Part shown: positions 9,479 to 18,064 of the stretch, piece by piece
Numbering within the stretch: position 1 is the stretch's first letter
Layout: each line of letters opens with the position of its first letter
DNA from: a virus
Lineage: Duplodnaviria > Caudoviricetes
Reading direction: 5' to 3' (one strand)
IMG/VR virus record: IMGVR_UViG_3300011116_001007
DNA: 64,000 bases
Notes under the pieces: model-generated
Databases searched by the model: none
Seen by the model: the letters and a program-made list of their open reading frames with translations, nothing else
Told to the model about the DNA's origin: nothing
Translations under genes and position numbers: made by a program

Positions 9479-10412
9479 ACCAGTTCCAAGAATGTTGTAT
9501 CATATTATCCAATGTGTATTTTTGCCAATGACCGTACTGATCAAATTTATCTGAACTTGCTGTCAACACAGCTGGATCTCCGGCACGTTTAGGCCCTGAT
9601 CTAAAATTCAAAATTTGTTTTGTGATTCGTTGTGCAGCGTCAATAATTTCTAAATTACTCACACCTTGGTTGCTGCCAAGATTATACACACCAGCAGATA
9701 CCTTGGCATCCAATGCTGCAACATGTGCAGCAGCAATGTCTTCCACATGCACATAGTCTCGCACACAAGTACCATCATTGGTAGGATAGTCAATACCGTT
9801 GAGCACAAATTCTTGTCGATCTCTAATGCTTTCTAACACCCGCGAAATGATATGTGTACCACCAGGTTCACTGCCATGGCGTGCCTGGCTGTCGGCACCG
9901 CAGGCATTGAAATATCGAAATGCTACATAGTCTAGTTTATACGCCCGATGATAACTGGCCAGCACCTGTTCAATCATGCGCTTGCTTTCACCGTACGGAC
10001 TCAACGGTTCGCAAGGATCCGTTTCAGCACACGGAGTCATAGTGGGCTCACCATATACTGCTGCACTTGAACTGAAGATAAATCTGGTCTTGGGCAAAGC
10101 AGCAAGTACAAGATCCAACATGTGGATGGTCTTAATAACATTATTGTGATAGTAGTCAGATGGATATCTAATACTGGGGCCTACTAGGCTTGTGCCAGCA
10201 CAATGGATAATGGCATCAGGAACAAATTGTATCAATTTTTTACCAGCTGTGTCACTGTCAAAGTCGGCCAGCACAAACTGATTGAATACTTCTTTGAGAT
10301 GCGACGGGCACGGTCTGCGATCAATACCCAGGACCTCGTGCCCGGCATCTTTCAATGCCAGTGCAATTTGCCCACCGATGTAACCGGCCGAACCAGTGAC
10401 CACTACTTTCAT
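9468..10412 (-). CDS. galE: UDP-glucose 4-epimerase / NAD-dependent sugar epimerase
   Basis: TGSAGYIG, FSSSAAVYG, YGESK, FRYFNACGAD, RDYVHVED, RAGDP. Confidence 0.92.
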   Translation of the reverse strand: MKVVVTGSAGYIGGQIALALKDAGHEVLGIDRRPCPSHLKEVFNQFVLADFDSDTAGKKLIQFVPDAIIHCAGTSLVGPSIRYPSDYYHNNVIKTIHMLDLVLAALPKTRFIFSSSAAVYGEPTMTPCAETDPCEPLSPYGESKRMIEQVLASYHRAYKLDYVAFRYFNACGADSQARHGSEPGGTHIISRVLESIRDRQEFVLNGIDYPTNDGTCVRDYVHVEDIAAAHVAALDAKVSAGVYNLGSNQGVSNLEIIDAAQRITKQILNFRSGPKRAGDPAVLTASSDKFDQYGHWQKYTLDNMIQHSWNWYVR

Positions 10413-11611
10413 GATTCAATCTTTACCACTTGATATTTTTCGTGGGCCACATGATCACGATATCTGTTGCCAGCACGATTCCATTGTTCTCCTGTGCCCT
10501 GCAATATGTCCACCACACGATCCACTGTGCCGTTGTTCCAGTCACTGATCAATCCCATGTTGTGATGCGGATCACGCAAGAGATTTTGCAGTTTGTGATA
10601 GGCATCATCTATTGACCAAGGAACGTAAAGCCTGTTGGGATCGTTTGAGAAAGTTTCGGGGAAACTACGATAGGCAGGATAAAGCACATTACAGCCAAGA
10701 GTGTCAGCCTCGGAAACTGTGTTAGAGACCCAGTCTTGTAAAGCACAATTAAACAACACACGAGTGTTATTGAGGTGAGCGTAGTAATCATTTTTTGTAA
10801 TGTTGTCGTAAATTTTCAACTGTCCGGCTGCTTCCATCCTGCGAGCACGAGTCACATACTCTGGGTTGTTGCTGCGTAACTCACCACCGCTGTAGATCAC
10901 AAACTCACATGGTTCGCTTGTGAGTTCGCCATACATGTCAATCAGATCCATAAAAAAGCCCGGTTGCTTTTCTTGATCAAATCTTGCTGCAAAACCCACA
11001 CGTCTTGGGCGCGCCCCAAATGGTCGAACGTTGCCTGCGCCACCAATGCGTTCCAGCACTTCTTCTTTGCCAAACGCAAGACCGGAGATGTTGTAGATAG
11101 GAGCGGTCCATCCCGCAATACGCATGTGAGCAACCATTTCTTCGTTGGTAGCCAACACGCCTGTCACAAACTGGTTGACCATTTTTTCGTATGTGCTCAT
11201 CCAACCTGCCATGCCCCAAACATGTACAAAGTCGTCAGGATCAATGGCTTGTGCCAGGCAACGTACCCATACCTGTGGACGTAATTCTGCAGGCACCTGG
11301 TCCATGATATATGGCAAACTTTCAATACCTGGCTGGAACATGTCTTCAAAATAGATTACATCTTCGCTGGTGACTTCGCCTTGTTGCATGAGTCTCACCA
11401 GATTCATCATTTGACTCATACCAAAGTAACTGCGGCCGTGTGCATCCAGTACTTGACCAACCACAATCTTTTGGCTGTTGTCTAGGGTGAGTCCAGGCAC
11501 ATATACCACGTCAAGTCCTCGACGGTCAAACACACGCCGGTTCCACTCAGTGAGTTGTAATGTATACCGAGCCTCGTAGCTTTCCAAACCCATGTAAAAT
11601 AATTTTCTCAT
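10409..11611 (-). CDS. GT-B fold glycosyltransferase
   Basis: C-terminal GT-B features: RFDQEKQP, LFNCALQDWVSNTVSEADTLGCNVLYP. Confidence 0.7.
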   Translation of the reverse strand: MRKLFYMGLESYEARYTLQLTEWNRRVFDRRGLDVVYVPGLTLDNSQKIVVGQVLDAHGRSYFGMSQMMNLVRLMQQGEVTSEDVIYFEDMFQPGIESLPYIMDQVPAELRPQVWVRCLAQAIDPDDFVHVWGMAGWMSTYEKMVNQFVTGVLATNEEMVAHMRIAGWTAPIYNISGLAFGKEEVLERIGGAGNVRPFGARPRRVGFAARFDQEKQPGFFMDLIDMYGELTSEPCEFVIYSGGELRSNNPEYVTRARRMEAAGQLKIYDNITKNDYYAHLNNTRVLFNCALQDWVSNTVSEADTLGCNVLYPAYRSFPETFSNDPNRLYVPWSIDDAYHKLQNLLRDPHHNMGLISDWNNGTVDRVVDILQGTGEQWNRAGNRYRDHVAHEKYQVVKIES

Positions 11612-11633
11612 TGTAACAATCCTTTGTTGAAGT

Positions 11634-12506
11634 TTAACATTTTTCTAGTAAGTTGTAAAGAGTTTTAGAATCTGTTGGAAAGATATTTAACCTATCACAG
11701 CGTATCTCATACCCATGTGTTCGCAGTCGTTGTTGAACTATGGCCTCAGCTATGACATGGATGGATTGCCAAGAAAATTCTTGTTGATTGATTGTTGATT
11801 CAACAATCTGATCTAACAAGTTGAATTCATCCAGAATATATTGTTGGGCCAGTTGCCATTTTGTGGCAAAGGACCCAAGATTGCCATCTAATGTAAGACC
11901 GCAATGGTCAATCATTTTAATAAATGTTGACTCTGTATCATACAACAGGTCTGTGTTGACAATTTTCAGAAAGTCGCCGGATACCTGATTTTGTGATTGT
12001 ATCCATTCTTGCACCCATTCTGCATAAAACAAACTGAACCATTCTCGGAGTTCCCAAGGCTGCATTTCCTTCCAGCTTTTGTACGCCGGGTTCCACTGGA
12101 TTATGTTATGAGTGTTGCTGTCACAAAAAATTCCCAGGCCGCACTCTAATCCCACACAAATTTTATAGTATTGAAATAATATATTAAGTTCTGCGGATCT
12201 TAAATTGCTGGCATGAATCAAAATTGATCGACTTTGTTTGTCAATGTACAACTTGTAATAATCTAATATTTCAGGTAGGTGCAGAGTTTTAAAAGGATAT
12301 ATAGGAGTGGTTATCGAATCATGTTGTATTTTTTTTAAATTGTCCAACAAGTTTTGTTGGTAGATATGCAGTTCTTTAGAATAGCTGTGCATGCTCCCGT
12401 CGGCAAGAATGACTCCATTGATAGAATCATGCTCTTTGGTAAATGTTCTTAGTACATATTCTATTGTAGTTCCAAACATTCCGGGAACAAAAAACACATG
12501 AATCAT
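11634..12506 (-). CDS. Hypothetical protein (P-loop/sulfotransferase-like N-terminus)
   Basis: 292-codon ORF; VFFVPGMFGTTI N-terminal loop; AT-richer than neighbours by eye. Confidence 0.45.
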   Translation of the reverse strand: MIHVFFVPGMFGTTIEYVLRTFTKEHDSINGVILADGSMHSYSKELHIYQQNLLDNLKKIQHDSITTPIYPFKTLHLPEILDYYKLYIDKQSRSILIHASNLRSAELNILFQYYKICVGLECGLGIFCDSNTHNIIQWNPAYKSWKEMQPWELREWFSLFYAEWVQEWIQSQNQVSGDFLKIVNTDLLYDTESTFIKMIDHCGLTLDGNLGSFATKWQLAQQYILDEFNLLDQIVESTINQQEFSWQSIHVIAEAIVQQRLRTHGYEIRCDRLNIFPTDSKTLYNLLEKC

Positions 12507-12727
12507 GCACGATGCCCGGCCAATCTACGTGCATCTTCCCACCACATGTTCTTGGCATTCTTGCCTTGGGCATACTTGGTGAACTGTTGCCAAGCATAAC
12601 TTTTGAAGTTGTATAGATCCGCTTCGTTGTAGCGATATCCATAGTCTTTGCAAAACTCTTCGTATTGTTCAAGGTGGTTGAAGATCTCAGCAACGTGAGG
12701 GTTGGTACGGAATGCAATTTTTGCCAT
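12503..12727 (-). CDS. Small hypothetical protein
   Basis: 74 aa ORF with SD, stop overlaps next start. Confidence 0.6.
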   Translation of the reverse strand: MAKIAFRTNPHVAEIFNHLEQYEEFCKDYGYRYNEADLYNFKSYAWQQFTKYAQGKNAKNMWWEDARRLAGHRA

Positions 12728-12738
12728 GTTATTTCCTA

Positions 12739-13191
12739 TTAGATTTTAATTGATTGAGCAGGATAAGTGAGATTGTATTGTATTACAGCGCCGTTCTCAC
12801 CATCTTCGGATACGTTGATCCATACAGCACGGTCTGGATATCTTGCAGCGATTTGATCGTAAAGTTCATCGCTGATCATTTCACAACTCTTGTAATTGAG
12901 TTCAAGTGTGCCGCCAGCATAGAGATTTTCTAGCCAGCGTTTGAACTGAATGAATTCAATGTCACGATCGTTGTGGAATACTTGTATGGTCACTTCAAAG
13001 TGAAATATGTGTCTGTGTGGACTGGCCAAAAAGCTCACATCATACTCATCACCTGTGGCCAATGCAGGATCTGTGGCTGCTGCTGGATAACAATGAATGC
13101 CTTCTTTTTGGAACCGTACAAAAATTGTGCGTACAGCACGATCCTTGATACGTTGTCGTGTTTCTACAAGTGCATGATCGCGTTCGTTCAT
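12739..13191 (-). CDS. QueD-like T-fold protein, DpdL-like (putative CDG decarboxylase)
   Basis: FLASPHRHIFHF (LxxxHRHxF), DIEFI, SCEMI, VSEDGENGA; sits two genes from dpdA. Confidence 0.6.
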   Translation of the reverse strand: MNERDHALVETRQRIKDRAVRTIFVRFQKEGIHCYPAAATDPALATGDEYDVSFLASPHRHIFHFEVTIQVFHNDRDIEFIQFKRWLENLYAGGTLELNYKSCEMISDELYDQIAARYPDRAVWINVSEDGENGAVIQYNLTYPAQSIKI

Positions 13192-13694
13192 AATGTTTCG
13201 TCCTTGGTATATTTAGACCAGTCAGTGAAATGGTCTCGGTTTTGTAAATCATGTATGCTGTGACACCAAACACCTGGATTGGTTGCAGCAAAATCTCGGT
13301 CGTCTAGTTTGAGTGTGGCATTGTAGCCCAACAATTTGATATATGGTAGCTTGACTGATATCATTGGAATAAAGTTGTGATCTTCAGTCAGGCAGGATTC
13401 CAACAAGCCTTCTACGCATTTGACATCAATATCTAACGTACACAGATATCCTTTTTGTAAAAAGGGTAAAATCATATTTTCCCATTGTGTCCACTTCACA
13501 TAGTCGTTAGTGTCAATGTTTGGAAAACTCTGGTTGGCACCAAAGTAAATGTGCTCGCAACCTTGTATATAAGCAGCGATATCATCCTCTGATTGAACGC
13601 CTACCACAAACAATGTTTTTTTGCCCAATGCAGGTGTGTGTTCTACTTCTGTGCCGGTAAAGAATGCAGTATTCTCGTGACCTTCTCGGTTCAT
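13188..13694 (-). CDS. Hypothetical protein of dpd cluster (possible cysteine-less QueE-like barrel)
   Basis: 168 aa; FFTGTEVE..GKKTLFVVG, HIYFGAN, ISVKLP. Confidence 0.45.
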   Translation of the reverse strand: MNREGHENTAFFTGTEVEHTPALGKKTLFVVGVQSEDDIAAYIQGCEHIYFGANQSFPNIDTNDYVKWTQWENMILPFLQKGYLCTLDIDVKCVEGLLESCLTEDHNFIPMISVKLPYIKLLGYNATLKLDDRDFAATNPGVWCHSIHDLQNRDHFTDWSKYTKDETL

Positions 13695-13754
13695 ATCTGA
13701 TCCTGTTCAAGTTGTTGTAATGCTTGTAAGTTTAACTGATCTTGGTAGTCTGTG

Positions 13755-14462
13755 TCAACCTTGATTGTGTTGTATTTCTTGATGTTGGTTGTCTCTTTCA
13801 AAATCGTCAACTATTTTTCTAAAAATTTTAGCAGCTCTATTTCTTTTTTCTTCGAACTCAGGTCCTTGCAACACCGTTTTCTGCCATTCCTCATACAAAA
13901 TATGCAACGCAATTTCTATATCTTGAGTTACTGTTCTATCTATGAATGCGGCCAACTTAATAAATTCTGGTAAGAATTTTTGGTAACCGTTGATAATACT
14001 AGCAAGACTAATTTTATAAACTGATGGATCATTCTTCAAATCAAAACCGTTTTCGAAATTTTTGAAAGTTTGGAAAGAATGTTTGTACTCCCCATTCAAT
14101 ATGACCCAATCTAAATTATTTTCATGATCTATAAAAATGTTAACTGCGGTGTCATCTTTACCGGTAATATTTTTAATATTATTCGCTGGGGCAGGATGCT
14201 TGATCGAAACCCCATTGCCATTGGGGCCTATGTCCCAGTGTGGTTTCACAACATCGTACTCCTTGATCGCACCCTCAAAATCAATCCAGGTAATATACCT
14301 GGATTGATCTTTATAAGTCAATAGGTCCAGTTTTTCTTCCAACGTGTTTGGTATATTTTTTCCGTTAGACCACACATAAGTGTCGTCTAGTAAATTTATG
14401 CACCGGGAAAGAAAATTCCCCGCTGCCCCTGGTATAAAATGCAAAGCAATAAATCGTTTCAA
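13755..14462 (-). CDS. AT-rich accessory protein (P-loop/sulfotransferase-like N-terminus)
   Basis: 235 aa; IALHFIPGAAGNFL; visibly AT-rich; start overlaps dpdA stop. Confidence 0.5.
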   Translation of the reverse strand: MKRFIALHFIPGAAGNFLSRCINLLDDTYVWSNGKNIPNTLEEKLDLLTYKDQSRYITWIDFEGAIKEYDVVKPHWDIGPNGNGVSIKHPAPANNIKNITGKDDTAVNIFIDHENNLDWVILNGEYKHSFQTFKNFENGFDLKNDPSVYKISLASIINGYQKFLPEFIKLAAFIDRTVTQDIEIALHILYEEWQKTVLQGPEFEEKRNRAAKIFRKIVDDFERDNQHQEIQHNQG

Positions 14463-16018
14463 ACTGATTGCTCCAGTTGTTCCAATTTTGTTGTGCCGAG
14501 ATCGTCAGGGTCAGTGTCAACCTCTACCATGTCAAACAATGCATTGAATTGAGTTCTTGCATTCATGGCCTTTTTGCCTTTGAAGCCGCGTGTGCCCACC
14601 ACATCCATCCAGTAGTTGCTGTAGTGCTCGATGATGTCCATGCTGTCTTGCTTGGTCGGCGCAGCAAAGATAGCTTCCACAATGTCATGGAATCGAGCAT
14701 GATCACCCTTTTCATTCCACAGCATGCGCGGCCATTTGGTGCCAGAATCATATTCACGATTGGCACGTTGTACTGACTCCAAGTGTGTCCACACATTGTG
14801 ACCCATCAGCAGTGCATATGAGAAACTATCCCACGATGTCTTGCCTTCTTTGCCAATCTTGTTTAGATCACCAGGCTTGTAGATACAGATGTCCTTCATG
14901 GTCAGGTGGCGACTGATAGGGCTCTCATCAAAGTGATTGACCAATCCATCTGCCACCACAGCCTGTCCATACGGGCGTGTGTCTGTGCTGTATTTCTTGT
15001 CGTCAGCAATGGGACTCATCCTATAAGACCATTTGCTGTTGTGTGTGGTATCAATTTCATGATACACCTGCCCATTGGCAGTGGCCAAGAACGGACTGGC
15101 GCAATCAAAGCTGATGGTAAAAGCAGGATTCACATGCTTTCTTACTGCACGTTGGATGGCAGTCAACAGCACAGCCCATTCCAATTTGCTTGTGCCCAAG
15201 AAGTGCATCCAATCATGCACGCCTTCTTGCAAGAGATTGTCATAGCGCAAAGTGACTAGACGTCGGAGCACAAGATGTACATCGCACATGTTCTGCCCGC
15301 CCATACTCCACCCATCAAAGTGTGTGTCAGGATACACAGCAGGATCACAAAAGTGTTTCATCTCCTCATACCAAGCATCGGCACTGGTATGATTGTCGCC
15401 TTGCAACACATTCAAAATCTTGGTGCCACCATTGCGAACACCTTTGCGATGCCGCATGAAGTATTCGTTGTTGAACTTGGTTGCATCCACTGCTTCTTGC
15501 AGCGTGGTGATCTGGCAGGCCCGGCTGGCTTTTTTATCGTGTATGACCCAGGTTGGAATATCAAGTGTCATGCAATAATCAGAAACATTGTCTAGCCAAT
15601 TGAGAATTGCCTCACGTTTCTTTTGTGCTTTGGCACAGCCCGAGTTGGCTTTCCAGTCACCTTCCCACAGACCCTTGGCGATCTGGAATCCACCTGAGTC
15701 GCCCAGCATGAACGTGCCTGGCTCACGACTGCGAACCATGTCTTCTGACCAGTCTTGCTTGTTGAGATCCAGGTTAGCATGCCCACCTGAATACAGGCTC
15801 CACTTGTAGGGAAACAATGCTTTTTGACTGTTGAGCCAGTTCAGTTGTTCCATGTCTGGTATTCCTGCGGGCATACGTGCAGGATCCACATAAGGTCCAT
15901 TTACTGGATCTCGTTGCTTGCCCACAAAGGTGGCGTAAAAGCCGGATATGGCCGGCAAGAACACAGCATAGTCATTCTGTTTGGCAGTGAGATTGTCTTG
16001 GATTAGATCTTGAGTCAT
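14459..16018 (-). CDS. dpdA: DNA guanine transglycosylase (TGT-fold), DpdA/DpdA2-like
   Basis: GDSGGFQ, CMTLDIP, VLQG, WSMGG, HFLG, SFDCASP TGT motifs; folE/queD/queE context. Confidence 0.85.
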   Translation of the reverse strand: MTQDLIQDNLTAKQNDYAVFLPAISGFYATFVGKQRDPVNGPYVDPARMPAGIPDMEQLNWLNSQKALFPYKWSLYSGGHANLDLNKQDWSEDMVRSREPGTFMLGDSGGFQIAKGLWEGDWKANSGCAKAQKKREAILNWLDNVSDYCMTLDIPTWVIHDKKASRACQITTLQEAVDATKFNNEYFMRHRKGVRNGGTKILNVLQGDNHTSADAWYEEMKHFCDPAVYPDTHFDGWSMGGQNMCDVHLVLRRLVTLRYDNLLQEGVHDWMHFLGTSKLEWAVLLTAIQRAVRKHVNPAFTISFDCASPFLATANGQVYHEIDTTHNSKWSYRMSPIADDKKYSTDTRPYGQAVVADGLVNHFDESPISRHLTMKDICIYKPGDLNKIGKEGKTSWDSFSYALLMGHNVWTHLESVQRANREYDSGTKWPRMLWNEKGDHARFHDIVEAIFAAPTKQDSMDIIEHYSNYWMDVVGTRGFKGKKAMNARTQFNALFDMVEVDTDPDDLGTTKLEQLEQSV

Positions 16019-16362
16019 GACACCAATTCTGTAATTATTTTTAAGTTTGTCTTTGCCTGCTCAACCGCACCAACAGCATCAGCTACAGTGGGATGTTTTT
16101 CAGCTAGTGTTTTCAGTCTCGATTCTTCATCACGTTTTTGCCGTGCCCAGTTGATCAATTCTTCAGCGTCAGGAGTCAATTTCACAGTGGCATAACTTGA
16201 TAATAACGGCTTCCAACTAGAACCGTCATAAACCTGCATCTCCGTACCCCATACACGGATTATACCTTGCATGGGAGTTTCCGTCCGCATATCGATATAC
16301 GGCACAATAGTATCGCCGCCACTGACCATTACTGCGCCAGTGCCCATTAAGCCTTTGATCAT
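16015..16362 (-). CDS. Hypothetical protein
   Basis: 115 aa ORF translationally coupled on both sides. Confidence 0.6.
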   Translation of the reverse strand: MIKGLMGTGAVMVSGGDTIVPYIDMRTETPMQGIIRVWGTEMQVYDGSSWKPLLSSYATVKLTPDAEELINWARQKRDEESRLKTLAEKHPTVADAVGAVEQAKTNLKIITELVS

Positions 16363-17081
16363 TTTGATTGTGCTGGCAAGATGTAGTTGTAAACTGCAAT
16401 GCCTGAATCCACAGTGATCTGTGCAGCACCGTCATCGCTGATACGCATGATCTTGTCTCCGGTCAAGCTCAAGATACTGTGTACCTGTGCAGCAGGCCAA
16501 GCCCATGCACGTTTGAGTGTGCCTTTGACTCCAGGATGGAACACAAAGTTACCAGCATGCGTGGAGTGATCACCAAAGAACAATTTCAAATCACCGTTTT
16601 CAATCTTCACCGTGAAGTTGGGTTCTTCAGCATTGGCAGTCATCTGCCATTTCAATCGCTGTATAGCAGCATTGGTAGGTTCAAATTCCACATGCCATGT
16701 TGCACCTTTGAACTTGGCAGTTTTGAGTTTGTCATTCACAATTGTACTGGCCATAAAGCGATAGGTATTGCGGAAGTCACCAGCTTTGTTTTCAAAGTTG
16801 ATGCCATCTGGTTCGCCATCGGCTCGCTTGGTAATGGCCAATGTGGCATCTTCACGGTATTCCTGCAAGTTGATCAAAGTTTTGAGTTTGCCAAGATTGG
16901 GCATGCCAAACGTGCCAATAAAGTCGGCCACAGGATTTTTAAAATCCGCTTGCACAACCACGCTTAAATCCTCAGCCAATCCACTCATGCTGGTAGCAGC
17001 ATCGGTACCAACGATCTTGACCAAGCTGATACAGCCCAGGTCATATGTGTGTTCAACTAAATCTAACAAATAATCTTTCAT
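16359..17081 (-). CDS. DNA polymerase sliding clamp (gp45-like)
   Basis: 240 aa, two-domain size; FGMPNLGKL, YNYILPA C-terminus; near DNA polymerase. Confidence 0.7.
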   Translation of the reverse strand: MKDYLLDLVEHTYDLGCISLVKIVGTDAATSMSGLAEDLSVVVQADFKNPVADFIGTFGMPNLGKLKTLINLQEYREDATLAITKRADGEPDGINFENKAGDFRNTYRFMASTIVNDKLKTAKFKGATWHVEFEPTNAAIQRLKWQMTANAEEPNFTVKIENGDLKLFFGDHSTHAGNFVFHPGVKGTLKRAWAWPAAQVHSILSLTGDKIMRISDDGAAQITVDSGIAVYNYILPAQSK

Positions 17082-17104
17082 ACTAATCTCCTTGTATTGT
17101 GTAT

Positions 17105-17133
17105 AGTATATAGGTTTTTTTACTATCCTGCAA
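17105..17133 (-). promoter_or_regulatory. sigma70 promoter for clamp gene
   Basis: TTGCAG-17 bp-TATACT, AAGGAG SD downstream. Confidence 0.6.
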
Positions 17134-18064
17134 CTATTTTGGCCAACGACTGGCCGCCTTTTATACTGGTCAAGTGGCCAGGCTTTCGTAATTCTATCCA
17201 GCTGGCATCCAGCAATCCGTTGTGTTCAAAGTTCACTGTGTATCCTTGCTCACGTGCTAGACTGCATACTCGTATTCCGGGTGTGTAACACATGTAGTTC
17301 TTTTCAGCAAACGATACACTGTGCCATCGGTCACAGTTGTTGTAGGTAAAAATCAATATGCCGCCAGGCCGCAACAATTGAAACAGCTCGGCCAAGTAGT
17401 CATTGATAACCGATAATGGTTTAAAGTTAAAGTAATTGTAAGCAAAAATCACACCAAATTGGCCTTTGGGGAAATTTTTAAATATAGGGCGCTGGGCATA
17501 ATCGTTTATGGTGTATGCACGTAATCGTCGCTGGTACTCAGGAAGATACTGTTCCATTGATGGTCTAAGCAGTTCCATGTCATGATCCACCAGATACAAT
17601 GGATCCAATGCTACCATATCATTGATATAGTCTTCTGTTCTGGGTCTTATGATCATGCCGGGCAGTCGCCAATCCCCACAATTTTTTAATCTGGCTCGCA
17701 TTATGGTCTCACTCTCAGTATCAATCAACAGCTTGCGATCCAGTATGTGAGCCACTGTATCTTGTGAAAATTCTTCCTGGTATACTCGCATGCTGTGATT
17801 GTACATGCTTTGATCTTGAGATTCAATCAGTTGCTGTAGCGACTTAGATAGGTTGGCAAAGGATTGCCTAAAAGACTTGACAGATTGTTGTATTGATCCA
17901 AAATCGTTCTCAAGATTCTTGATGTCAGATTCTATTCGAAGTTCTATATTACTGCTGGCATGATACAACAGATTTTCAAAATGCCGTACAGCGTCAGTGC
18001 CTGCAGGATCAGGCTTTAGACTGTCTATCAAATTTTTAAATTGGACTATCTGGCTGAGATTCAT
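17123..18064 (-). CDS. Hypothetical protein, coiled-coil N-terminus plus methyltransferase-like C-terminus
   Basis: FGVIFAYNYFNF, LLRPGGILIFTYN resemble class I MTase C-terminal strands. Confidence 0.5.
   Translation of the reverse strand: MNLSQIVQFKNLIDSLKPDPAGTDAVRHFENLLYHASSNIELRIESDIKNLENDFGSIQQSVKSFRQSFANLSKSLQQLIESQDQSMYNHSMRVYQEEFSQDTVAHILDRKLLIDTESETIMRARLKNCGDWRLPGMIIRPRTEDYINDMVALDPLYLVDHDMELLRPSMEQYLPEYQRRLRAYTINDYAQRPIFKNFPKGQFGVIFAYNYFNFKPLSVINDYLAELFQLLRPGGILIFTYNNCDRWHSVSFAEKNYMCYTPGIRVCSLAREQGYTVNFEHNGLLDASWIELRKPGHLTSIKGGQSLAKIVAG

Noticed and set aside
13188-13694. Calling the 168-aa gene DpdM (dPreQ1 methyltransferase)
   Set aside because: It lacks the Cys-rich character I recall for DpdM; this cannot be supported without a search
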